Sequence record: MK327931.1
DNA from: Escherichia phage vB_EcoM_G17
Reading direction: 5' to 3' (one strand)
DNA: 64,000 nucleotides
The translations under genes were made by a program, and so were the position numbers. Shown here one piece after another: positions 36,923 to 46,699 of this stretch (its first letter is position 1; the number at the start of each line of letters is the position of its first letter). The notes under the pieces were generated by a model that saw only the letters and a program-made list of their open reading frames with translations, was not told where the DNA came from and ran no database searches.

Positions 36923-38125
36923 TTATAGATAATACTTTCCAATATAAAGTGGATTACTAATTGATAGTTGAACGTGACATGGTTTGTCTTGGTAGTAACG
37001 AGTGCTTGATGTTTTGCGTTCATTTGGTGGGAAGAATGGGGAACGATAGCCATTCCATGTACTAAATGATGAGTGTTCATTAATATCAACATCCATTACC
37101 ATAATCCCATTATCATCAATTTGAACTGGATATGCACTAAAGCGTTCAAATTTATCATTATAATGGATATTATAATCTCCACTACGCCCATAATAACTAC
37201 GCGTTGTATTATTACTTACACCAAAAAATACGCGATATGTTTGTTCATTATCTTTAGTCATAAATGGTACGTTCTCGTTGAAACGTCCATTATTCATAAG
37301 ATCATCAACATTTATTTCTTCGTATTTAATTTTAAGGTCTTTTGCTTTAAATGATTTATTGTGTACCAGTACTGGAATGTTAGATTCACCTAATGGGTTA
37401 TGTCTGTTTGTTCTATAGCTTTGCCAAAATTCATTAGCAAGTTTAATTTCTTCATCTGCCGTAGTCTTCTTATTCAAGAGTGCACGAGGTTCAAGATTGT
37501 AATTATCCAAACGTTGATTCAATGCATAAGTTCCACGAGTACTGTTAAAAAGTAAATGATAAACTGAACTTTTGTCGGGATATGCAAATTCTTTAGTTTT
37601 CTTTATACAAATTGCATGTACTTTACCGCAGTAATAGTAATCTTCTTTAAGATAAGTGAAACCATCACCAACTTTAAGACCTGCTACAGTTTCTTTTTGT
37701 TGTTCTTTTTTATTTTCTTTTTCAACTAACTTAGCAAACGTTTTTGTTTTACCATTAATTAATTCTAAGTTATTGTTGAAAAACATTGGGTCTACAAAAA
37801 CACCTTTGATTATATCGTTATTGATAATTAAATCATTCATGTTTTTTGCACTAATCATAAATTCAAATCCTTCTGGGTGACGGATCGTGAAATATGTTTC
37901 TCGTGCATGAGTTGTTAATTTATCAACTACACAAAATCCCGTAGTTGGAACGTTGTCAATATATAACGATGGAAGATTGTTCTTCTTTGCCCAGTACTCT
38001 GCTCTCTCTTTCTTTGTTTCAAACGCTTTTGTATGTGATTTTGTTGCATCGATAATAAAACCATCAACTTGGTTGTGGTTTACATAGGAACGTGCAACAA
38101 ATAACTTCTCTGGAAAATCCATCAA
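36923..38125 (-). CDS. hypothetical protein
   Basis: 400-aa ORF. Confidence 0.55.
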   Translation of the reverse strand: MMDFPEKLFVARSYVNHNQVDGFIIDATKSHTKAFETKKERAEYWAKKNNLPSLYIDNVPTTGFCVVDKLTTHARETYFTIRHPEGFEFMISAKNMNDLIINNDIIKGVFVDPMFFNNNLELINGKTKTFAKLVEKENKKEQQKETVAGLKVGDGFTYLKEDYYYCGKVHAICIKKTKEFAYPDKSSVYHLLFNSTRGTYALNQRLDNYNLEPRALLNKKTTADEEIKLANEFWQSYRTNRHNPLGESNIPVLVHNKSFKAKDLKIKYEEINVDDLMNNGRFNENVPFMTKDNEQTYRVFFGVSNNTTRSYYGRSGDYNIHYNDKFERFSAYPVQIDDNGIMVMDVDINEHSSFSTWNGYRSPFFPPNERKTSSTRYYQDKPCHVQLSISNPLYIGKYYL

Positions 38126-38541
38126 ATTGTCCTCATTGTGCTGATTGCTTTTAATGTGTCAAACAATGCACCATATTTTACTTGCATTAGTTGATCACCA
38201 GCAGGAAGATTCATACGCATAACAGCCATGTCTTCAATCATTTCAGACGTACACAGTACTGCTACACAGGTAATAGCATCATTCAATCCAGCTTCATTGA
38301 ATTTGGCAAACGGAACTTTTCCCTGTTTGCTAAGGTTGTTATAATAAGAATTTAACTTATCATGTCCACCAGCATTTAGTACTACAATAGTTTCGTGTTC
38401 ATAGTACCATTCATCAATAATAGTACTGAAAGCAGTACCTTCATATTCTTTAATTAGTTTAACACCAGCATGGAATGCTTGAATACCAGCTTGGACACCT
38501 TGGCAGTACATATTAGTTAAGCAATACAATTTCATTTCCAT
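38122..38541 (-). CDS. hypothetical protein
   Basis: 139-aa ORF. Confidence 0.5.
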   Translation of the reverse strand: MEMKLYCLTNMYCQGVQAGIQAFHAGVKLIKEYEGTAFSTIIDEWYYEHETIVVLNAGGHDKLNSYYNNLSKQGKVPFAKFNEAGLNDAITCVAVLCTSEMIEDMAVMRMNLPAGDQLMQVKYGALFDTLKAISTMRTI

Positions 38542-38759
38542 ACCTCTTGTTTTTCTACGTAGCCTTTCCCATCACAGTGTGGACAAGCATAAAAGCTGCG
38601 GTAATCTTCTGACGGTACTTGTTGTGTTCCATTACATGTAGGACATACTTTACGTGCACCAGAAATAATACGTTCATGGTGTTCAGCTTGTTTAGCTGAA
38701 TCAAAAATACGACCATCTTCAGTTTGGTATTTTTCTACCATAACTTGAATTACTTTCAT
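38532..38759 (-). CDS. zinc-ribbon protein
   Basis: CPTCNG ... CPHCDG (two CxxC pairs). Confidence 0.5.
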   Translation of the reverse strand: MKVIQVMVEKYQTEDGRIFDSAKQAEHHERIISGARKVCPTCNGTQQVPSEDYRSFYACPHCDGKGYVEKQEVWK

Positions 38760-38769
38760 TTCTATTTCC

Positions 38770-39039
38770 TTATAAAAATGTTAAATCTTCAGTACTTAAT
38801 TGTGATAATTTACCATCATATTCTATTTCAACATATACATCTTGGTCATAAACAGCAACTACACGTTTAATAACTCCAACCTTCACGACATTCTTTTTGT
38901 AGTTGAACTCAACTGAACAACCAATAAGTTTATTTGATAGAATCTCACGTATTTGATTTGCATGGTCTTTTAGGATAGAATTAATAGATTTTTTCATAAT
39001 ATATCTATCATTCAAATATTTTTTAACTACATCATGCAT
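38770..39039 (-). CDS. hypothetical protein (small dispersed paralog family)
   Basis: 89 aa; internal LIGCSVEF motif resembling other ~90-aa ORFs here. Confidence 0.45.
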   Translation of the reverse strand: MHDVVKKYLNDRYIMKKSINSILKDHANQIREILSNKLIGCSVEFNYKKNVVKVGVIKRVVAVYDQDVYVEIEYDGKLSQLSTEDLTFL

Positions 39040-39044
39040 AATTA

Positions 39045-39803
39045 TTACCTTTTGAAACGATTGAATGAGTACTCATCTTTTTCTTTACGTAAGTATCTCA
39101 TCCCACCACTTTGTGGAGTAGCGAGAGTTAAGTCACCCGTCAAGAACTGACTATCAATCCAAATGCGATTACCGTAAATGAGTGGGTCTGTAACTGCTGT
39201 ATGTCCACTAAAGACACAATGCACTCCATCTAACTTAGGTGCATAATATGTATTATTAGTTCTACAATAATCGAATGTTTTTCTATCCCACAAGCACTTA
39301 TCAATTATATCAGCACTAAGTGATTTTGTCCCATTAACAAATCGTTCCCATGTTGTATATTCCAACGGAACTCCAGCATGAACTAACCCAATCTTCAATC
39401 CTCGGTGATTGATTTGGATAATCATAGGGAGATCCTTTAAGTACTGACGAAAGAATTGAATGCCTGTTCCTCCAACTTCATCAAGGAATTTATCACCACC
39501 ATTACTTATCCAACAATGATACCAATCTCGAAGTGTTTCCGAATCAACGCACATCATCTCATGATTACCCGCAATCATGTAACGATTTTCTCCGAACAAA
39601 AATTCAAAAAGGAGCTTTGAATTTTGTTCTCCACGGTCGATAATATCACCTACACTGAAAACATAATCATTGTGTGTAATACCAAATTCTTTCACTGTAG
39701 CATCCCATAGTTTACCATTACCATGCAAATCACCTACAATGTATAAATCTTTATCATCAGGTACAGTTACTTCTAAGAAGTGTTTCATTATTACTCCAAC
39801 CAT
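39045..39803 (-). CDS. Ser/Thr protein phosphatase (lambda-PPase-like metallophosphatase)
   Basis: Motifs GDLHGNG, VGDIIDRGEQ, AGNHEMM. Confidence 0.8.
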   Translation of the reverse strand: MVGVIMKHFLEVTVPDDKDLYIVGDLHGNGKLWDATVKEFGITHNDYVFSVGDIIDRGEQNSKLLFEFLFGENRYMIAGNHEMMCVDSETLRDWYHCWISNGGDKFLDEVGGTGIQFFRQYLKDLPMIIQINHRGLKIGLVHAGVPLEYTTWERFVNGTKSLSADIIDKCLWDRKTFDYCRTNNTYYAPKLDGVHCVFSGHTAVTDPLIYGNRIWIDSQFLTGDLTLATPQSGGMRYLRKEKDEYSFNRFKR

Positions 39804-40042
39804 ATAATATTAGTGTGTTTAGTAACTTGTGTTCCAGCAAAAGAACCATCTTTAAGATAAGTATTAATTTTAAAACGCCATTCACCACCACTAATATACA
39901 TATCAGTAATAATATACTTTCCATACCCTCTGGAGTTTATTAATCGTACTTCTTGACCAATATATTTTGGCTTCAGATCATTTATAAAATCATCAGCCAA
40001 AGACATAAGATATCGCAAATGTGATAAGTCAGTGTTGAACAT
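39791..40042 (-). CDS. hypothetical protein (small paralog family)
   Basis: 83 aa; LKPKYIGQEVRLI motif. Confidence 0.45.
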   Translation of the reverse strand: MFNTDLSHLRYLMSLADDFINDLKPKYIGQEVRLINSRGYGKYIITDMYISGGEWRFKINTYLKDGSFAGTQVTKHTNIIWLE

Positions 40043-40257
40043 TATTTCTTTCTCTTATATTTGTTAATAATATCTTGGGTAAGTGAAATAAAAATATATA
40101 CTAATGTTACAGGCCAAATAATAGCCATCAGTGCTGCTGTTTGGAGATTCATGATAATCATGATTTCATCTTTAAAACAACCCCAATTAAGTACTAGAAA
40201 GTTGGTTATAAATGTAACAAATGCTACAAAACCATATATTGCAAAAAATGTTATCAT
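40042..40257 (-). CDS. small membrane protein
   Basis: 71 aa, two hydrophobic segments. Confidence 0.4.
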   Translation of the reverse strand: MITFFAIYGFVAFVTFITNFLVLNWGCFKDEIMIIMNLQTAALMAIIWPVTLVYIFISLTQDIINKYKRKK

Positions 40258-40259
40258 AA

Positions 40260-40589
40260 TTATTCCTCATCATCCACTAAAACAAGATAATCCAAACTTA
40301 ACTCGGTATCTATGTAACAATCACAATTCAAGTACTCAATTTCAGCACCTATAGTTCTCCCATTCTTAAATATCTCAATGATTTTCATTCTAGTATTGGG
40401 ATTAATGTGTTCAATGTCGTATTCGTATTCAGGGTCAATATACTCACTTGTCATACGTTTGATGTATTGTTCCGAATATCGTACAGTTTTACCTATAAGA
40501 TCATTACTCAACGTCTGATAAAAATCATCTTGAATTTTGAATAATGACCTATAAAAAATATTATGTTGAATTAGTGGTTTCATTGACAT
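40260..40589 (-). CDS. hypothetical protein (small paralog family)
   Basis: 109 aa; LIGKTVRY motif. Confidence 0.45.
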   Translation of the reverse strand: MSMKPLIQHNIFYRSLFKIQDDFYQTLSNDLIGKTVRYSEQYIKRMTSEYIDPEYEYDIEHINPNTRMKIIEIFKNGRTIGAEIEYLNCDCYIDTELSLDYLVLVDDEE

Positions 40590-41230
40590 TAATCACAACT
40601 TCCAGACGATGAACTTGAATCAGAACTAGAGCTATCATAGGAACAAGAATCAGAGGAAGAACTGCTGTGACGGCTATAATCACTGTAATCATCATTGTTG
40701 TAGATTGGTGATGTTACGATTGCTGCTGCGGTCGCTGCCGTTGCAATTTGTGCAGTATGGTCATGAACACCTAGTTGTGGTTCATCCTTAGATTTACCTT
40801 TGTTCTTACCTTTAGTGTAACGAGCTTTCTTTGCAGTTTTAGTATTTTTCTGTACTTTAGGAGCTTTTGGTTTCACATCTTCAACGACTGGAACTACATT
40901 CACTACAACTTTAGGATCAGTTTCTTCAAGTGTATTATACACTTTAACTTGCATTTGAACTTCAACTTCTTTAACTTCTTCTTTAACTTCTTCTTTAACT
41001 TCTGGAATAACTGTTTCTGGTGCTGGAGTGATTTTATCAAGTTCTTTAGTAATAAAGAAGCTTGTATTTTTCTCACCTAGCATAACAAGAAGACCAATGG
41101 CAATCACTGGACTTAGTACTGTACCAAGTACTACATAACCTAGAACACTTCGGTTATAGTTATATGCAAGCATACCAGAAATAATAATACCGATTACATA
41201 TGCACTGCTAAGAATAATTGGGGTTAACAT
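40589..41230 (-). CDS. membrane protein with EVKEE repeats and Ser/Asp-rich C-terminal tail
   Basis: Two N-terminal TM segments; tandem 15-nt DNA repeats near 40960-41010; C-terminal SSSSSDSCSYDSSSSDSSSSSGSCD. Confidence 0.5.
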   Translation of the reverse strand: MLTPIILSSAYVIGIIISGMLAYNYNRSVLGYVVLGTVLSPVIAIGLLVMLGEKNTSFFITKELDKITPAPETVIPEVKEEVKEEVKEVEVQMQVKVYNTLEETDPKVVVNVVPVVEDVKPKAPKVQKNTKTAKKARYTKGKNKGKSKDEPQLGVHDHTAQIATAATAAAIVTSPIYNNDDYSDYSRHSSSSSDSCSYDSSSSDSSSSSGSCD

Positions 41231-41534
41231 ATTCTACTCCTTTGTATATAAATTTACTAACTTCTTCGATGTATAAAGACAACCCTGAACGTTCATTTAG
41301 AACTAACCAAGCACCAAAACCACATCGAATCTCGGATATATGAAACTCTTCTACACTATAAATTGAATACGCGTTAAATGGACATATTTCATCAGATATA
41401 CTTACCACATAGTTATTATTAATTGAATCTAACACCTGGGTATTGTATAAATTATTAGTACTGAAAATCTGCATTAACGAGCTAGAAAGCATCTCGGTTG
41501 TCTTTTCTAATATTGTTAAAAACGAACCATTCAC
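41208..41534 (-). CDS. hypothetical protein
   Basis: 108-aa ORF. Confidence 0.4.
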   Translation of the reverse strand: MNGSFLTILEKTTEMLSSSLMQIFSTNNLYNTQVLDSINNNYVVSISDEICPFNAYSIYSVEEFHISEIRCGFGAWLVLNERSGLSLYIEEVSKFIYKGVEYVNPNYS

Positions 41535-41591
41535 TTCAACTTCTCCCTATTGGTGATGTAATCAAATTATATCACCGAATTCTGATACGTC

Positions 41592-41897
41592 TCATGATAT
41601 TCGCATTTCATCTATATATAATGAACATGATTCAGAATTATCGTCTAAACTTAAACCTAAATCGACCATCAAACCGCAATGCGTTCCCCAGAATTTCTTT
41701 ATGTATAGTTTTTTGCTATTATTACCTAAATCATAAACATATTCATTTTTAAATATACTTTTTAATTCTTCACATATACATTTTATTATCTTCATTACTT
41801 GATTATGATATTCGTATGGTATTCCATCAAGTTCGTTAATTATTAATGCAAAACCATCATCATAGTACTTAAGTTTATTGAATGTTTGTATATCCAT
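41592..41897 (-). CDS. hypothetical protein
   Basis: 101-aa ORF. Confidence 0.45.
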   Translation of the reverse strand: MDIQTFNKLKYYDDGFALIINELDGIPYEYHNQVMKIIKCICEELKSIFKNEYVYDLGNNSKKLYIKKFWGTHCGLMVDLGLSLDDNSESCSLYIDEMRIS

Positions 41898-42194
41898 TTA
41901 ATATATAATCTCACTAGCTTCTATTGTGTAGACACCATCATCAGTCATTAATCTAACTGCAACTTTAATATTATTAGACATTCGTGTAACTATCAATCCA
42001 ATAATTACACCATTCTTTAAAGTACCGTTATGGTATCTTACTTGTACTTTAGTTTTGTTATCAATTAGGTATCTTCGAATTTGATGAATTTCAGTTCTAA
42101 ACAGTTCTAAATAAACTTCACTATATTCCTTATCTGAACCGTCTGAACACCAGTACAATAAATTTACTTGTTCAAATAATTTTTTTATATTCAT
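41898..42194 (-). CDS. hypothetical protein (small paralog family)
   Basis: 98-aa ORF. Confidence 0.45.
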   Translation of the reverse strand: MNIKKLFEQVNLLYWCSDGSDKEYSEVYLELFRTEIHQIRRYLIDNKTKVQVRYHNGTLKNGVIIGLIVTRMSNNIKVAVRLMTDDGVYTIEASEIIY

Positions 42195-42550
42195 AAAAAT
42201 CTCACAGATTTAATATTACTGGTTACATGATTTACCCAAGTGTTATCGAACTTGTAAACAATTGTATTAAGTGATTTATGAAAATTAACCTCGCACACTA
42301 ATGCCTTGGAACCATTGATTGTACAGACCGTGGATGGTAAGTTGTTTGCTAATATCTCTTTTTCATCTAAACATAGTGAACTAATACAATCATAATAGAG
42401 AGGTTCAAGAACTTTTTCAGTACTGAGAAATTCAAAAGAAAGATCATCTATTAGTTTTATGTAATCGAATAAATTATGATAATATTCATTCATTGCAGAT
42501 CCTTTTAAATTTAGCATTATTAGAATATGTATATGAATGACCGAAATCAT
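42191..42550 (-). CDS. hypothetical protein
   Basis: 119-aa ORF. Confidence 0.4.
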   Translation of the reverse strand: MISVIHIHILIMLNLKGSAMNEYYHNLFDYIKLIDDLSFEFLSTEKVLEPLYYDCISSLCLDEKEILANNLPSTVCTINGSKALVCEVNFHKSLNTIVYKFDNTWVNHVTSNIKSVRFL

Positions 42551-42740
42551 TTACACCATGTACATTTAGTACACCGTCACTGAAATAAATTCGATCAATA
42601 GTGAGTTCACGTTTATAATCCCAATCATCATACCAGCACAGAACACGAATACCTTTGTACTTTGTAGTTAAATCATTTTCTAATATAGTCAAGTAATCAA
42701 TATGACTTTTGAATATCTCTAAGTCCTGCTCAAACATCAT
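42486..42740 (-). CDS. hypothetical protein (small paralog family)
   Basis: 84 aa; LTTKYKGIRVLCW motif. Confidence 0.4.
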   Translation of the reverse strand: MMFEQDLEIFKSHIDYLTILENDLTTKYKGIRVLCWYDDWDYKRELTIDRIYFSDGVLNVHGVNDFGHSYTYSNNAKFKRICNE

Positions 42741-42997
42741 TGTTCCTCGTATAATTCTATATCATCAACACCAACTTGGCGAATTGCAGTACTTCTGTTG
42801 AATGTATTTTTTTCAAACAAACATACTGTTAAACGTATTTCACACTTCAATGCACTATAATAAATCATATCAATAACACCATATGTTTCATACATTTCTA
42901 CGTATACATTTCGACCTAAATACTTTTCTTCTAAATCAGTAATTAGACTATTGATAAGATTACCTATCTGTGTTATATCTGTGTGAAATTTATCCAT
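42737..42997 (-). CDS. hypothetical protein (small paralog family)
   Basis: 86 aa; LEEKYLGRNVYV motif. Confidence 0.45.
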   Translation of the reverse strand: MDKFHTDITQIGNLINSLITDLEEKYLGRNVYVEMYETYGVIDMIYYSALKCEIRLTVCLFEKNTFNRSTAIRQVGVDDIELYEEQ

Positions 42998-43184
42998 TAT
43001 AATAAACCTCTCACATAAAACATTGATGAAAATAGATAATCATCAGTACTGGAATTTAGTAGTTTATCAAAACTATAATTTTTATGCTTATTTTCATACA
43101 AAGACAATCTATAGTATCGTTCTATATTTTCTAAGTAGTCTTTTTGTAATAACATCTGTGTTGTTACATTCACTATAATGTACC

Positions 43185-43219
43185 TTAAAAGAAAAAGGGA
43201 CCAATATATGATCCCTTTT
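43185..43219 (-). terminator. weak terminator-like hairpin after polynucleotide kinase gene
   Basis: AT-rich stem AAAAGGGA/TCCCTTTT with 11-nt loop and U-rich flank. Confidence 0.3.
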
Positions 43220-43222
43220 GTA

Positions 43223-44155
43223 TTAGAAATTTCCTTCAGCCACTTGGAAAACTTTCAACCCAAGTAGCTTACGCCACATGAATACAACTTGATCGCGGTC
43301 ATCATATACCTTTTTAACATCGTAATGATCAACCACATTTTTCATGTACAGGTCGAATTTTACAACATCATCAGGACGTTTATCATCGATATCTCGCATA
43401 AACAATGCATCGTAAGGAACACCCCAATTCTTAAGCCACTGTTCGGTATCAGCACGACACCCTTCAGTACGCCCACTCATGACGATAATCTTGCGTTTAT
43501 GAAAAACTGCTTCAGCGATAATAGACAAAATAACTTCTTCATCAGGTGTATCCTGAAGAACAGTACTTTCATCGTAAGGATTACGACCCCATTTATGAGC
43601 AAGAGTTCCATCGATATCAACGATGATAGCAGCTTCGCGTGAATTACCATAGTAACCAATGTGTAATGCCTTACTATAATAGTACGTATCTGCCATTGTG
43701 TCAATGATATCATCTTGTACTGAACGCTCACGCTGGAGGTTATATTTCTTACAAAGTTTTACGAACTCTTTAATCTTAAAGAATTCATGAACATCTGCAC
43801 CACGGTCTTCATTAGGTACAAAATCATCATAGAAGTTCTTTTCTTTGTAATCATAACCATTATCTTTAGCCCATACTTTCCAGAGATTACGGAAATGTTG
43901 TTTAAGGTTTGTATCGGATATGATGATGTTCCAACCATTCTCTGCTGCTGAATTTGCTGCACTGAACTGTAAATTAGTTACGTACTGCTCATTAGCATCG
44001 TTGAATTTGTAAGCATCATGTGACCCAGCCATAGATTCACGAATATCATCACGGTTGATGTTGATAGTCTTGGATTTGGCATTTTTAATTTCTTGAACTG
44101 CCCATGTGGTTTTACCACACCCAGGTAATCCAACTGTTAGTGTAATAGTTGGCAT
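43223..44155 (-). CDS. pseT: polynucleotide 5'-kinase / 3'-phosphatase (T4 Pnk-like)
   Basis: N-terminal P-loop LTVGLPGCGKTTWA and C-terminal HAD-type phosphatase motif IVDIDGTLA. Confidence 0.85.
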   Translation of the reverse strand: MPTITLTVGLPGCGKTTWAVQEIKNAKSKTININRDDIRESMAGSHDAYKFNDANEQYVTNLQFSAANSAAENGWNIIISDTNLKQHFRNLWKVWAKDNGYDYKEKNFYDDFVPNEDRGADVHEFFKIKEFVKLCKKYNLQRERSVQDDIIDTMADTYYYSKALHIGYYGNSREAAIIVDIDGTLAHKWGRNPYDESTVLQDTPDEEVILSIIAEAVFHKRKIIVMSGRTEGCRADTEQWLKNWGVPYDALFMRDIDDKRPDDVVKFDLYMKNVVDHYDVKKVYDDRDQVVFMWRKLLGLKVFQVAEGNF

Positions 44156-44167
44156 TATTACTCCTTG

Positions 44168-44482
44168 TTACTCAATGAATTCTACATCTTCGAGTTTGTG
44201 CCATCCTCTTGAAAGGTTTCTTGTTCCGTTATTGTATTCAGTGTATACAAAGCATTCACCATTTACTAAATTACCAATAGCAGTACGCGATACTTTAACA
44301 TCAAGAATTATAGTACTGAACCATTCTCTGATTGTATGATCCCAGCATTTAACTTTACATCCAATCAATGTTTTCTTAAAATCGAAAACGTAATCTTCGA
44401 CCATTGATTCGACAGATTCTATTAGTTCCTTTTCAATGTACTTTAACTTTTCGATCCTCTCAAATGCAAGTTCTTTATTCAT
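44168..44482 (-). CDS. hypothetical protein (small paralog family)
   Basis: 104 aa; LIGCKVKCW motif. Confidence 0.45.
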   Translation of the reverse strand: MNKELAFERIEKLKYIEKELIESVESMVEDYVFDFKKTLIGCKVKCWDHTIREWFSTIILDVKVSRTAIGNLVNGECFVYTEYNNGTRNLSRGWHKLEDVEFIE

Positions 44483-44488
44483 ATGTCC

Positions 44489-44743
44489 TCAATTATCTAG
44501 AACATCCACTATCAAACAAGCTTCAATAACGAAACAATCATCTAATTCAAAGAGTAATTGATAGTCATCAGAAAACTTCACTTTAGTAATGTAAGCACTT
44601 TCAATTCCACCACTATGATAAGAACTATATAAAATACATTTACCTGTATATTCCTTACGGATACGACTAAATTCTTCATATAAATGAGTAATAAACGTAT
44701 CCGCAGTTTTGTTGTAGTATTTTAGGTCACTTACTGTGCTCAT
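44489..44743 (-). CDS. hypothetical protein
   Basis: 84-aa ORF. Confidence 0.4.
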   Translation of the reverse strand: MSTVSDLKYYNKTADTFITHLYEEFSRIRKEYTGKCILYSSYHSGGIESAYITKVKFSDDYQLLFELDDCFVIEACLIVDVLDN

Positions 44744-44957
44744 TAACTTTTCCTACTCCAAATCGTTTGGAGATTTTCACAAGTACAGATTCATCACAAC
44801 GAATACTAGCAGTATCATTGGATGAACTGTACTTTAATGGGGTCCACTGTAATTGAGATTCTTCTAGGAACTTGATACATCTGAAGTAATCTTTCAGAGA
44901 AAGAAATTTAACTACTGACATATCCTGAACAATACTATGCTGAACTTCAACTTTCAT
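44727..44957 (-). CDS. hypothetical protein
   Basis: 76-aa ORF. Confidence 0.35.
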   Translation of the reverse strand: MKVEVQHSIVQDMSVVKFLSLKDYFRCIKFLEESQLQWTPLKYSSSNDTASIRCDESVLVKISKRFGVGKVNEHSK

Positions 44958-44966
44958 ATGAACTCC

Positions 44967-45224
44967 TTATAGTGGATCAAATTTATTTTCACGTTTCGAT
45001 GTATAGCGAGTTACATCATGTATTCTCGGCTTAACACCTTTTGGTTTCCTTTTCTTCTTGTATTCAGTACTACTACATCCGAAGGTATTCTCGATTCGTT
45101 TCTTACTTATCTTCACACCTTTCATTGAGCGTTTGTGCTGTAATTCATCGATTTCTTCTTGTATTTTCCTGAACTCAGTCGGAGAAAGGGAACCGTCATT
45201 TTTATACTTAGGTTTAGCCATCAC
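44967..45224 (-). CDS. small basic protein
   Basis: 85 aa with KKKRKPKGVKP stretch. Confidence 0.4.
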   Translation of the reverse strand: MMAKPKYKNDGSLSPTEFRKIQEEIDELQHKRSMKGVKISKKRIENTFGCSSTEYKKKRKPKGVKPRIHDVTRYTSKRENKFDPL

Positions 45225-45251
45225 TTCTCCTTGTGCTTAGGCTAGATAGTA

Positions 45252-46394
45252 CTAAAAATCCTTTAGTACAATTTTCATGTATTTTATAAGAGTCTCTTTG
45301 TAATCAACTTTCTTATTGTTATACATTGCAAAGGCCAAGCCCTGACGATTCAGTTCATTAGTTAAACACTCCTGAACCTTCATTGCGAATTCCTTTCGCT
45401 CCAAGTGCTTGTGTTCCTTGACGAAGCTTTCTACTTCATCTTGTAATGCATTATAGCACGAAAATACCAATTGTTCCATTCTTAATATCTTTTGCATAGC
45501 ATATTCATCAGTACTGAACAATTGTTTTAAATCATCACTTGAACCATTTAATACTGCTTCATATAAATGAGAATCAATAATAATACTATCTTTTGTAAGA
45601 TGTAATGAACTGTACCAGTCAGTCTTTATTTTACACATTGTCCCATTATTTAGGATGCACACAAAACCCTCAATATCAAGCATTTTATGAACTTCCTCCA
45701 CGCTTTCACGGAAGGTATTTCGTACCGGAAAAGTGTGATGAATATCTTTTCCAGTCATATTAGTACTGTACTGTGCAAGACATGGAAACTTATCACGTAG
45801 TGCTTTACCACATAGCAACTCACCACTCACACGATGACGAACGTTCAGTACAAACAGTTGTTCTACCTGATATGGTAATACAATTCGGTACTCTGGGCTT
45901 GTATACTCCATATTAACTGTGTAACCTAAACGTTCCGCTTCGTCGATGTACTGATACAAATTCTGGTTCTCGTTAATAAGTCGAGTACTGTTAATCGCAT
46001 GGTCAGAATACAATGCAGTATGTGATTTACAACGAATCTCACCATCATTATCACGGTAAGTACTGATAATCGAACCATCCAACTTAGGCATCACTACCGC
46101 AATGTCATCGCATGTGGTGTTAGCAGGGAACATTGTAGCAGGATTCTCGTAAGCATTGAAGAACTTTTTCATTGTACGTGCTGCACAACGTATCATTTCA
46201 CCTTCTTCATCAATTTCCCACATAGAGCCACGGGTTTCCAACGCATTTGGTTGCATGAAATCAGTGTATGATGCTAGACGATAACTGAATACACGATACG
46301 TGCCACCAGCAGGACTTTTATGATCCACATAAAAGAATGCATCGTTTGTATTACATAAGTGCATTAAATCTTCATATATTTGCAAAAGGGTCAT
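45252..46394 (-). CDS. rnlA: RNA ligase 1 (T4 Rnl1-like)
   Basis: Closely parallels T4 Rnl1 as recalled: FFYVDHKSPAGGTYRVFSYRLASYTDF, ALETRGSMWEI, KKFFNAYENP, lysine motif PKLDGSI. Confidence 0.85.
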   Translation of the reverse strand: MTLLQIYEDLMHLCNTNDAFFYVDHKSPAGGTYRVFSYRLASYTDFMQPNALETRGSMWEIDEEGEMIRCAARTMKKFFNAYENPATMFPANTTCDDIAVVMPKLDGSIISTYRDNDGEIRCKSHTALYSDHAINSTRLINENQNLYQYIDEAERLGYTVNMEYTSPEYRIVLPYQVEQLFVLNVRHRVSGELLCGKALRDKFPCLAQYSTNMTGKDIHHTFPVRNTFRESVEEVHKMLDIEGFVCILNNGTMCKIKTDWYSSLHLTKDSIIIDSHLYEAVLNGSSDDLKQLFSTDEYAMQKILRMEQLVFSCYNALQDEVESFVKEHKHLERKEFAMKVQECLTNELNRQGLAFAMYNNKKVDYKETLIKYMKIVLKDF

Positions 46395-46699
46395 TTTATT
46401 ACCTCTATATCTACATCAGTTCCATAATATGATATTAATCCATCATCAGATTCACACTGAATAGACAACTCAGATTCATAGTATGTTACTTTATTCACTG
46501 TTAGTACTTGTTCTTCAATTACTCCAGAAAAATAATTCATCTCACGTACACGAACTTTAGTTCCTTTAGGTAGTTCATCTGAGATTTTTCGAACAAGATC
46601 ATAAGCAGCCTGTTCAAGTGTGTACAGTAATTGTAATCTATCTTGAATATTCATATTATTTCCACCAACTGGTATCACGTCCATTAGACAAAGATTCAT
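46391..46699 (-). CDS. hypothetical protein
   Basis: 102-aa ORF, ATGA overlap with rnlA. Confidence 0.45.
   Translation of the reverse strand: MNLCLMDVIPVGGNNMNIQDRLQLLYTLEQAAYDLVRKISDELPKGTKVRVREMNYFSGVIEEQVLTVNKVTYYESELSIQCESDDGLISYYGTDVDIEVIK

Noticed and set aside
30457-37880. ORFs 30457..30675, 33100..33402, 34660..34878, 35078..35335, 35552..35761, 35578..35904, 35971..36168, 36889..37092, 37073..37354, 37656..37880
   Set aside because: Overlap or antisense to dCMP deaminase, ClpP, metallophosphatase, DNA ligase and adjacent genes; low-complexity or Ser/Ile-rich translations typical of spurious frames.
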